64,000 bases of DNA from the NCBI GenBank assembly GCA_028534125.1, contig CM052832.1, forward strand, positions 15,316,001 to 15,380,000, read 5' to 3'. The position numbers and the translations under genes were made by a program. This document shows positions 42,465 to 53,272 of the stretch, piece after piece. Each line of letters starts with the position of its first letter. Positions within the stretch are counted from its first letter, which is position 1. Under the pieces are notes generated by a model that was not told where the DNA came from, made no database searches, and saw only the letters and a program-made list of their open reading frames with translations. The DNA comes from Lama glama. Its lineage: Eukaryota.

Positions 42465-42593
42465 TTTTTTTTTTCTTTTTTGGTAGGGGGAGAGGTAATT
42501 AGGTTTGTTTGTTTTGAATGGAGGTACTAGGGATTGAACCCAGGACCTTGTGCATGCTAAGCATGCACTCTACCACTGAGCTCCACCCTGCCC
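42465..42593 (-). mobile_element. tRNA-Ala-derived SINE (camelid Vic-1 type)
   Basis: Reverse complement GGCAGGGTGGAGCTCAGTGGTAGAGTGCATGCTTAGCATGCACAAGGTCCTGGGTTCAATCCCTAGTACCTCC followed by AAACAAACCTAATTACCTC and an A-rich tail; Pol III A/B boxes present. Confidence 0.85.
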
Positions 42594-44439
42594 TCCACTT
42601 GCCTTTTGATGCTCTTTGTTTGTTCCTTGAGATTTCTGTATACCTGTCATCAGTCTTTTCCCCAGACTCTGACCAGACTTTAAACCTCCTCTGGAGGTGG
42701 TCATACCCCTCTGGTAACCTGACCAGTTGTGGAGGGCTCTCCAGGCCTGCAGGTCCTGAGGTCTTGGGCCTCCCCTCCAACATCGGAGTCCCTGCTTGCC
42801 ATGTGCTGTATCACTCCTTTTCTTGGTTTATGTCCTCATTTTGGTGAAGGTCAGCCTAGAAGAACTTCTTGACTCAGGCTGCCCAGGAATTAGGCTTTGG
42901 GGCAGCTTTGTGGCAGGTAACTGGTGGCCGCCCGAATCCACTCTCCCTCCTCCCACATGCTAGAGGGGCTGCCTAGCTGGGCTGTATTTACCTTCCTTCA
43001 CAGTTAAGGGTGGCATGGAACAAGAGCTTGTCACTGGAATGCACGTGAAAGTGATGATTGCCTCTTCTGGACTTGGCCTTGAGCCCTGGGGCCTCCTTGC
43101 ACTCCCTCTTTCTTGTTCTGTCGATGGGAGCCTCGCCCCTGCAGGCAACGCCCTGTCTGGTGCTCAGACCCAGAAGCAGGACGTCGTTGCCAGCCTCTGG
43201 AGCCAGGCTGGGGGGAGGGGATACGGTCCCATCAGTCCTCAGCTTTCAGTCCTCCTGCATCAGCTGCCTCGTTTCAGAGACCTTCTATCTTGTTCCCTGT
43301 TGAATCCCTTGACTGTAGGCCCTCCCCAAAGTGGAGAAAGCTGGAAATTACTTGGTTACCACTCGTCCGCCTCTGTCCATCTCCCAAAGCTCTCTCCTCA
43401 CTCATTCTCTCGGTCCTTGTGGCTCCCTCTTTTTTTACCCCTTTGCTATCATCTAGTGGGAATTGTGGGCACAGTGTTCACTCCACCATGTGGATTAACT
43501 GGGAGAGCATATTTGATCTGTTTTTATAAATCCCCTAAGGCCCAGCACAGTGCCCTGTATGTGGCTGGTGCTGCCTGGGTAAACAAATGAATGAGAGGCA
43601 GAGACACTATCCTCTATCCTCAAAAAACTCACAGCCCAGTTGGGTGGAGTATACAGGTTGGAGGGAGGAGAAAGCAAATATACAAAAACCTGCACCAGAA
43701 CTCAGAATGGGACGGATCCTGAAGGCGGCTCTGCAACCAACAAGCTATGGAAACTCTGTGGCCATGGTGAGCATGCCATCTGCCCCAGCGGGGAGGGCAG
43801 AGAAGACATGGGAGGAGGCTGGAGGGAGGGGCCAGACAAGGCTGTCTGGGCAGCCAAGGTCCAGGTGGAAGCAGGGTGACCAGGGAGGAGTAGCACTCTG
43901 CCCGAGGAGAGGTCCAGTGCGAGCCGTAAAGTCCAGCCCTGCCCTACCCCAGGCCCCGCCGCAGCTGGGAGGGGCGGGGAAGGGGGTGAGGAGGGCTGTG
44001 TCTCAGGGAGGCTAGATGTTCGGAAAGGATGAGGTGCCTTCCACATGAGGTGAGGGCTGATGCCAGTGTGGGAGTGGAGGGGCAGGGAGGCAGGGGTTGA
44101 GGTTCAACCCAGGACAGGCATGAGGCACTGATCACAGGGCCCTGGCAGCTGCTGAGAGCAGTACCCATTAAAACCAGCACAGAGCAGCTAGAAGAGGAAG
44201 ACCTGGAGGGGGTTTCAGACTTGACAGCCCGGTACCAGTGGACCCCATGCTGGGGCCGTGCAGCCAGCAGGAGCCTACAGCACTCTGCAGTGGGTGGTGG
44301 GGCTGGAAAACAAGATGTGCTTCCAACAGAGCAGGGGACCTGCCTTTGATGGAGTTCTCACACTGGCTTGGCTACTTACTGGCTGAATGTTCTTGAGCTA
44401 GTCACTTACAGTCCGTAAGACTTAGTTTCCCGGCCTATA

Positions 44440-45350
44440 AAATGAGTATAATCTGGCCATATATCTCCACCTCCACTGTCTGCACCCCTGTCATCCCCTA
44501 GCCTGACAGCTGCAAAACCTCCTCACTGGGCCCTGCATCCGCCTTCCACCCCAGGGCCGGCTTCGTAGATGCACAACCCCTGCAGTTGCACAGGGTCCCA
44601 CGCTCAGAAGGGCCCTGTGGTGGGTTTAACGCTTTGCTGTCACCATCTTGAAATTAGTCATTTTTGAACAAGGATTCACTATTTTGCACTAGGCTCTGCA
44701 AATTATGTAGCCGGTCCTGCCCTCAACAGTTCCTTCCCCACTGAGTAACCAGAGCGATCTTGTTAAAACGTAAGTCAGAGCCCTTTGCCCAGAGCCCTGG
44801 GAATTTGATTGGGTCCCCTCCACTCAGAGTAGAAGTCAAAGTCACCCTCTCTGTGTCTCTGTCTTTCTCTCTTTTACACACACACACATTCACACACATA
44901 TTCACACACACTTCTGACTACCTCTCCTACCACTCTCCCTTAGTTCCCTCTGCTCCAGCCACATGGTCTCCTTCCTACCCCAGGGCCTTTGCACTTTCTG
45001 TGCCTTTTTTTCCTGGCATCCTCGTCCCTCTGTATCTACACACCAGCAATCTCTTCTCCCCAAATCTCCACTCAGAAGACATTTTCTCAGTGAGGCCTTC
45101 CCTGACCTCCTTGTTGAAAACTGAAACTCCCAATACCCTCCCCCTTTCCCCTTTCCCCATTCTCGTTTTTTCTCCAGCCCTCACCACCCTCTACCTGTTT
45201 TACTTATTTTGTCTCCTGTTAACATGTTACCTGTCTCCCGGTTAACATGAGGGATTTTAGTTGGTTTTTTCCCCGCTCAATCCCCACCACCTAGATTTGT
45301 GCTGGCACAAAGACGGGGCTCAGTAAATTTGTGTGGAAGGGGTGACTGAT
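44440..45350 (+). mobile_element. L2 remnant containing a MER45A insertion and a (CA)-rich tract
   Basis: CAGAGCGATCTTGTTAAAACGTAAGTCAGA, CAGGGCCTTTGCACTT, GAGGCCTTCCCTGACC and terminal GCTCAGTAAATTTG are L2 hallmarks. Confidence 0.75.
44552..44719 (+). mobile_element. MER45A-like non-autonomous hAT-Tip100 element, full length
   Basis: Termini CAGGGCCGGCT...AGCCGGTCCTG are inverted repeats; internal CTCAGAAGGGCCC, CATCTTGAAATT and CAAATTATGTAGCCGG match my recollection of the MER45A consensus. Confidence 0.85.
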
Positions 45351-48244
45351 GGAATGATACCAACCCCACCAGCTCCTCGTGAGCCTCACACACACTCAGT
45401 GCAAGTCGGTGCTCAGGGAAAGGGGGCCCCTCTCTAGCAGCTCACAACAAGGGCACCCAGTGAGTAAGGCAGGGACCTTTCACATCCCACTGGACAGGCA
45501 AGAAGACTGAGGCCCAGAGACAGGTAGGGTTGTCAGATAAAATGCAGGAAGCCCAGGTTCCCACCTGAGGCCTGGACCTAGCCCCCACCTCTGCTCTGGC
45601 CCCTCAGTCAGCTGGGCTGCCCTTCCTGGCATGGCCCTGGGGCCACTGTGGCTGCCTCCAACCCAGGAGGGTGAGCAGGCTTCACACTTTTTTTTTTAAT
45701 TAAAAATACAGCATGTTTATTTAAACTGTTACTTTTCACAATTCATTGAATCTTATCACAGGTCAGTATCATCATTCTATTACCTTATTGGGTACATTCA
45801 TTAGTGGTACATAAAACTTCATATAAAATTAAGTAGGAATTAAAAGTACAGCTAAGAACATAGTCGTGATCTGTGTGAGAGGATTCACCATCACACATTT
45901 CAGCTTCACACATTTCAGGCCTAATTCTCTCTGCTTCCTCAGAAGGGCTGGAAAGGACACCAGAGCCGTGAAGGCCAGAGGGCTAGAGCTTTGGGAACTG
46001 AGCTGGCCTAGGCCGACAAGGGCCTCCTCCTGCCTCGAAACTTGGGGTCCAGGCTTCCGCCCCGGTCTTACCTAGAGGAAGAGGCAGTGGGTGGCCAGTT
46101 AGGCTAAAACAGGGCAAGAGGTGACCTCAGGGCAGGTCCTTACAACATCTCACCTGATCACGGCTGCAGCCTGCCATCGGGCCCACCAGGATCTCAGAGC
46201 ATCTCAATCCAGTACATGGAGTCAGGAGTCAGTGCCTCAGTTTCTTTATCTGTGAAATCTGGGGATAACAGCTTTTCCCTCACAGGGTTATTGGAGGATT
46301 AACCGAAGTCGATCAAAATTAGCAGTTAGACCAGTTCCTGGCACTTAACAAGGGCTTTCTGTGTGTTTGCCGACACTGCCGTTCCAAACACCATGATTTG
46401 AACCCCTGCTCTTACCGCCAGGCCCCAAGCATCTCCCAGCCTCCTCACTGTCTGCAGCAGCCTCCAGGTCCTTCCCAGGGCAGAGCAGTGGACATGGGGA
46501 GTGGGCTGCCCAAAAAACAAACTCCCTGACCACCAGCCCCACCAGTCCCTGCCAGCGTGGGAAGGGCTGCTGGGGGCAGGGTGGGGGAAGGCCAAGGATG
46601 GATAGCCGCTCCGGCCCCGCCTGCCCAGCTCAGCACAAACCAGGGCCGCGGTAATGGGCTAGCAGCCCCCAGCTGCAACCAACTTCATTTTCTGCCACAA
46701 TTAAATGATCGCCCACATTGGCTCACGCTCACTTATTCAATTACCTTCGCGGCCCTGAAGGACTCGCAGAGAAACAGCCATAAATAATGTGTGTCAGCAC
46801 CCCCAGCCCCAGCTGTCAGCACTCTCACGGGCCCGGCCCCGACCTTCCTGCAAGCGTGGGACCATTGCCCAGTGCATCCTAGGTCCCCAAGTAAATCCTC
46901 CCCGGCTCCCACCACCCACTCTGAAAGTCAGTCCCGGGCCTGAGATTTGGCAGATCTGGGTCCCCACCTGGCTTTACCGGTCTAGCTGCGGTCTCTAGGG
47001 GGCCACCCCGTCTGCAAGCCTCTGGTTCCTCATCTGTGAAACAACAGAAAAAGTCTCTGTGGGCTATAAAGCGTTGCCGTTACCAGAAACCATAATCCTG
47101 GATTCAGAGTCAAAATGCAACACTTCTAAATAGTGAGGAGAGGTGAACTGTCCTCTCTCTACCTGGCCCCACCCCAACTCCACCCACTCTGAAGGCTTCT
47201 GGAAATGCCATGTGCTTCTGTCCCTCCATGCCTTTGTGGATGCTGTTCCCCTTGTTTTTCCCTTCATTCACCTTTCTGCCTGGGGACTCCTATGCACCCT
47301 TCAAGGCCCAGCTTGGATGCCTTGAAGCGCACCCCTCCATGGTGAGCAGAGCTGGGCGTCGAACCCAGGTGTGTCCACATCTGCAGCCTGTGCTCCTCAC
47401 CAGCCCTCCATCCCATGCAGCGCCAGACGTGGGTTCAAGTCTGGGCTCCTCCGCTGGCTGCTGGGCGACTCCGGGCAGGACCTTTCATCACTTTGCTTTG
47501 TCTCTCCCCACTCTATAAAATGAAAACACTGTAGCAAGTGGCCTCTGATGGCCCCTCTGGCTCCGGTATTCTGAGCTTTTATTCTCTTCTTTAAAGCATT
47601 GCTCCAACCTGCAGAACCAACAAAGTTGTTAAAACTAAAGTCAGGAATGGTGGGTTCACCCCCTGGAGAGCTGCTCTGGGGCAAGGTTCTCCCCGCCCCC
47701 AAAAGGCAGGTGGCAGCCTGTTCCCTCCAGGAGGGCAGCCCTCCACCCTAGAAGTGTGGCAAAACTGTGGGATTCAAGGGCAGGGCAGGGCAGCTCCTTC
47801 CTCTGACAGCCTTCGATGTCGGCCACCCAGGAGGCCTCGTGAGAGTTGCACTCAGATTGTTTAAGGGGTAAAGGAGGCTCGCACTGCAATACTGATGGTG
47901 TGGTACTGGGTTCTCAGTGCCACTCATTGGCCCTTTGACGGATTAACAATCCACAAGAAGCTGCCCTCCTGAGTTGTCTTGGAAAGGTGTCCTCGCTGAG
48001 ACTCAGCCAGATGTAAGCTGGGGGATGAATCATCACCCTGCACAGCTGGGAGAGCCAGACCGGTGCCAAGTCCCCTGCCTGTGTCCACAGGAGGCGACCA
48101 TACACCACTGCCCTCCAGCTCCCTCCCCAGCCCAGATCTGGCCAGGGGCTTGGCTGGGGAAGTGGAGGGATCACCCAGGCTTCCCCACTCAGCGAGGATG
48201 TGTTCTTGCACCGCCCATGTGACCATTGGGCGGCCTGGTAAATA

Positions 48245-48410
48245 AGTGATAAAGAATGGGGCCCCAGGTTCAAATCCCACTTACCAGCTATATGACATGA
48301 GGCCTCTCTGAGCCTCTGTTTCTCAGCTGTAAAATGAAGGTAATAATAGCCCCAACCTCACTGTTGATGTGAGCATCAAATGAGGTAACGTTGTGGATGG
48401 GAAGAGCAGA
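48245..48410 (+). mobile_element. MIR SINE
   Basis: GGTTCAAATCCCACTTACCAGCTATATGAC...CTCTGAGCCTCTGTTTCTCAGCTGTAAAATGAAGG. Confidence 0.8.
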
Positions 48411-49259
48411 CGTCCACCGACTGCTCACTGCCCTTACTGAATGGTGACCATGCTGGTGGCTGTGGTGGCTCCCTCTACACAGCCCCCAACCTTGAGCCAG
48501 GGTTCTCCCCTCCCACCAGTGCCTGGCCAGTATGGAGTGCACCTGATGTTACTCCCAGGACTGATAGCTGACATCCCTGCAGATATCTCATCAAGGGAGT
48601 CCAGCCAGTTCACAGAGGATTAACACCAGCCCCCACTGTGAGGAGCCTCCTCAGATTCATAGGGGCAGTGGTGGGAGGCAGGCGGAGGCTGAGGAGTGGG
48701 TGTGGCTGCCTTGGCCTGAGGCCCTTCCTCCACCAAGGGTCATAGCTCATCAGCCTTTTGGAAGCCCCAGCAGGCTCTGGTGCAGAGCCTTGGGTGGGAT
48801 CCAGCCTAGAATTTCTGAGGTGAGGCTCGGGGATCAGGTGAGTCTGGCACAGGTGCGGTTCGGGGGAGGAGCCAGCCGCTCAACCTTGAGCCCTCCTCTG
48901 ACTGAGGCACTGCAGGGGACCTCTTAGCATGTGCTCCATCCTGGGCTTTCTAAGGAGGGGGTGGCAGCTGATGGGGGAGGTGGCCAAGTCCTAGAGGGCC
49001 CAGGGAGGCTCTGAACGACTCAGGGAGAACTGGGGAGGCAGGTGAGTGAGACCGACTGCCAACCATGAAGGAAGAACTCCTGGAGGCGAGATAAGAGCCA
49101 GGCCCAGAGGGCGGGTGGGGAGGTGTTGTGGGGCAGAGGCAGATCCCAGACATGGCTCCAGAAAGAGGTGTCACTGCAGGCATCTTGCAGGCGAAGCTGA
49201 GCTTCAGGAAAATGACCATGGAGAGAACTTGGCCGCAGTTGGAAAACAGAAATAGAGCA

Positions 49260-49433
49260 GCGTATCCAATTGCGTAACAGAAAGCACCAGACCGTCAGTG
49301 CTTTTGTTTACTGCTCTGTGTCTCGGATCACATACTACAGGCTCAGAAATGTTGTTAACTAAACGGGGAAATAAGAAGTCAGTATGGAATCTTGCTCTTT
49401 ACAACAAGACAAAAACAAACCAGCCATTGGATT
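49260..49433 (+). promoter_or_regulatory. IP6K3: Candidate IP6K3 promoter and non-coding first exon
   Basis: Repeat-free, motif-dense block (CCAAT 49266, TTGCGTAA 49270-49277, TGTTTAC 49305-49311) ending in ATT|GTGAGC at 49434. It is ~11.8 kb upstream of the first coding exon, similar to my recollection of the human first-intron size. Inferred, not proven. Confidence 0.45.
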
Positions 49434-52400
49434 GTGAGCTGACCCCACTGAGGCCCTGTGTTTAGCAGGATCTGCCACTTATGGACCACCCGGCTCGGGT
49501 GGGAGGTCCCTTCCCCTCTGCACCCCCAGGGGCCTCTAGCTCAGCCTGTGGTGGCTCTTAAGTTTCCCAGAACACAGATCTGAGTCCAGCCAGGAGGGAA
49601 AGGGGAAGTGGGGGAGGGCTGCGGGAAGGGCGGTCACAGCATCTTTGCCAGGGCCAGGTAACCAGAGCTCAGCACATAGCTGGGCGGTGAGGGACCAAGC
49701 ATGCAGGAGGCTCACAAGCAGCCCGACCATCTGCTTTCCCTGGTGAAATGGGATCCACTGACCTGGGCTGGGGAGCAAGGGGTGGGGGTGCTTGGGATCC
49801 TCACTCCACTTTAAGCCAGGCCTCAGGGCACCCTGGGAATCCCTGTCATGCCTGCAGGGCTCTGCCCTGTCTGGTGGGGAGGACTACGGTGGGAATGGGA
49901 AAAGAGGTCGGCCTTGGAACAGCAGCTGGGCTGGTGGGTGGGCAGCCCCCAGGACACCTTCTTTTGCTACTAACACATCTGTTAAGCCCCGCCTGCTGTG
50001 CCAGGCCCCAGAGTGGGTGTGGAGGACACTGAGTGAACAGTAACCAAGGGGACCTCTGGGCTGAGGGCCAGGAGACCTGGGTTCTAGTCCTGCCTCATCT
50101 CCCAAGTCACCTCTGTCAACACCCAGGCTCACCTGCTCCGTGGATGAGCAGTGAGGGAGTGACTTCCGGAATGAGTGCTCCATGGACATGTGTGGAAATG
50201 CCAAAAGGGAAATGGGAAAGCCATTGTGCCTTGGTGCTGCAGCAACAGGTCTGGGGGTCCCTGTTAGACCAGGAGGTGGGGGAGGGGACCCTGGGAAAGC
50301 AAGGACATGGGGGTTGTAGCCTAGTCAGAGAGGGGCAGGACCTGCCCCAGGGAAGCTGGCAGAGGGGTCAGGGCAGACCCTCTGGCCCCAAGGCTGGTGC
50401 TGAGCCTCTGGGGACCGAGCACCCACATACCAAGAAGCCCCAGAAGGGACAGGCTGGGGCCCAGGGCAAGTGGGCCACCCAGAGCCCAAAAGAATTGCAG
50501 CCACAAGTGCAGGACAGCTGGAAATACCTGAAGGACAGACTTCAGACCTTCCTAATACTTAGTCCAGGATCACTTAGACCTGAACACTGTCCCTTGAGAA
50601 GCCTCTGTTCTTTGCCCCCACCCTGTCTCTCACTCGTCACCAGACCTTGACAAGCCTGCCTCCTCAGCATCTCAGGAAACTGCCCACTCTCCTCACCAGG
50701 CCAGGACTCACCTGGAGGACAGCACCTGGGGCCTTATAACCTGCCTACCCACCGGTGACCCGCTCCTTCCCTGTCCCACTCTCCTCAAAGCAGAGCAAGT
50801 GCTCAAAACACACACCGGAGCCTGGCCCTCCCTGGCGTAAAGCCCTTTAGTTCCTCCCTAGAAGCTGAGGATAGGGGCCCGTGAGGCCCACATCCCACCC
50901 CTCAGCTTCATCTGTCATCACTCCCCACTCCCTGCCTACCCCAGCCACCCGGAGTGCCACCACCTCTCCACCCCAACCCCACCCCCCACCCCTGCTGTCT
51001 CTGGGTCTTTGCACATGCTCTTCCCTTAGCCAGGGCACTCTTCTCACCTCCCTCCCTGCAACCCAACCTGGATGACCCTCCTTCTCCCTTCTGTCTCCAT
51101 AGGTCACTTCCCCCAGGCTGGGTGAGGGGCCCCTCTAAGCTCCATGTCCTCTCATCAAACACACTGAAACTGCCCTTTGACTGGCTGAACACCCTGACCA
51201 TAATTCCCCGACAACAGGCACTGGTCTGGCAGATTCCAGGGCCTCCTTACAAGGGTCTCAAAAAATACTTGATTGTCCTCAAGCTGATTGACTTGATTGA
51301 ATGTCTTGCTGCAAGACTCTCTGGCAGCCAGCGCTTGGGACAAACCAGCAGTGAGATTGCAGGGAGTGAGTTGGGGGCTGGGAGAACATGACCCTAATCC
51401 CAGCCTTATCCCGTGAACAGGGACTCAGAAATTAACCAGGGACCTGGGGCAATTGGCCCTTGATGCTCAGGGCCTGGCATCTATCCAGTCAGTGAGCAGA
51501 ACTCTCCTCCTCTTCCTCCGGACTCCCTCCCAGGCCCTCCCCTGGGGCAGCCCAATACCAGCTGACAGTTGGACAGGCCAACCAGCCCCTGCTAGCCCTT
51601 CCTAAGGGTCAGGTGACCTCCCCTCCCCAGACCTCTGTAGCCCAGCCCTCTGGGTAGACCTGAGTCTGGACAGACTTCCCCACAAGTGCTATAGTGGATG
51701 GTGACTTCTCCATGCTGGGACCTTGGGAAAGGTCTTTACCCAACACCACAGACAGCAAGCATTGAAAGAGAAGATTAGTTTCCACTGGACCCTCTTTTCC
51801 ACACATTCCCACGATCCCACCAGGAGTGAGGCTTTGGTGAGTCTGCCTTAGGGGATAGGGACGGGCAGGGAGGATCCTGATGAGACCTGAACCAGGGGAG
51901 TCTCATGGCGACAGGGTCTGTTCATACCACGGGGGACCAAGTGAATGGGCTTCATCTCCATCCAGAACCCCCTGACTAGGGGTCCACTCTGTGGAGGTGC
52001 CAGTGTGTCTGTGTGTTTGGAGGTGGGGGTGTTGGCACAGTTCAGCAACATTGAAATTGTCATTCGCTCCTCTCCCATCTCTCTCCCCCTTCCCCTAGAG
52101 TCAGCCCTCCCCTTCCTAGGGTATTCAGGAGTCTCTGACTCTGGCTCCTGCATGAAGGCAGGAGGGCTGGGGTGAGCCTGGACTGCAGAGGAAGCTGTAG
52201 GGGCAGGTGCAGGGGGTTTTTGCCAACGGTTCGCACTCCACATTGGGTTTAACCCTTCACAGAGGCAGCTGTCCCAGGAGAAGTAGGCAGCACCCCCTGG
52301 GCCCTAGGAACAGCATGTCCTATCCCAGCAGCCCCACTTCCCCCGGGTGGGGCCACGGGGCTGGATGACATCAGTACCCACAGGCAGCTGCTGGGGCCTG

Positions 52401-52649
52401 GGTGCAGGCGCTCCCATGGAGGGGGGTTGTGGTGGACTATGGCTGTCGGAGGCATGTCACCACCAGGGGCCCCCACTGCCCTGGGCAGTAGTCTTTGGGG
52501 GCCCCCCAGTGAACCTGAGACCTGAACTTGAGACTGCCATGGTGCTCGGGCCCTCTGGGGGCCTTAAAACCATCCATGGCTGGCCCCTCCCCAGAGATTC
52601 CGATCCCATGGGGCAAGACCTGGGCTGTCAGTTTTTAAAAGCAATGTGG

Positions 52650-53105
52650 TTTATTTTTTTAATCTTTTTGACTATGAAAAACTTTAAGCCTATGGGAAAA
52701 AACATAGAGGGAATGACACAATGAACATTTGCATATCCCGTGTCTGGATTTACACAGTTGTTTTGAGTTTTGCCATATTTGCTTCATTGAATTCTCTAAG
52801 GCTAAAGTATTTTGAAGTGATTTATGGACCTCACAGCTTTCCCCTCAAAGTACTTCAGTACAGGTCCTTACATAACCCCCATGCCTTATCCCACTAACAA
52901 AATTAACTCCCCAAGAACGTCTGCATCCAGTCCATATTCAAATTTCCCCCATTGCCCCTAAATGGCTTTTATTGTTTTGTTTAAACCAGGATCCAATCAA
53001 GGGGGATCAGATCAGTATGTTTTCTGAGTCTTTCAATCCAGAAGCGTCTCTGCCAACCCCTCCCCTCCCCTCCCAGTTTTCCCCCCAACCACAATGAATT
53101 GTTGA
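52650..53105 (-). mobile_element. Old L1M-type 3' fragment
   Basis: AT-rich AAAACATAGAGGGAATGACACAATGAACA...CAGTCCATATTCAAATTTCCCC...CCAGGATCCAATCAAGG resembles ancient L1M 3' UTRs. Confidence 0.6.
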
Positions 53106-53118
53106 ATTTAAAGGCCAG

Positions 53119-53272
53119 ACAAGGAACTGCATACAATATCTTGTATATTGTAATAACCTTTAATGAGAAAGAATATGAAAATATATGTATGTATATGCAT
53201 GACTGGGACATTATGCTGTACACCAGAAATTGACACATTGCAACTGACCATACTTCAATTAAAAAAAAAAAA
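53119..53272 (+). mobile_element. Short, younger L1 3' end with poly(A) and target-site duplication
   Basis: ...GCTGTACACCAGAAATTGACACATTGCAACTGACCATACTTCAATT(A)12, flanked by AAAGGCCAG at 53110-53118 and 53270-53278. Confidence 0.88.

Noticed and set aside
42520..42593. tRNA-Ala(AGC)-like sequence on the minus strand (and a similar one at 62502-62575 on +)
   Set aside because: Acceptor stem is degenerate and both copies continue into a shared non-tRNA tail with poly(A); one has a target-site duplication. These are SINEs, not tRNA genes.
50033..50650. 205-aa ORF upstream of the IP6K3 coding exon
   Set aside because: Begins in MIR-like sequence, has no domain signature and is G-rich in composition.
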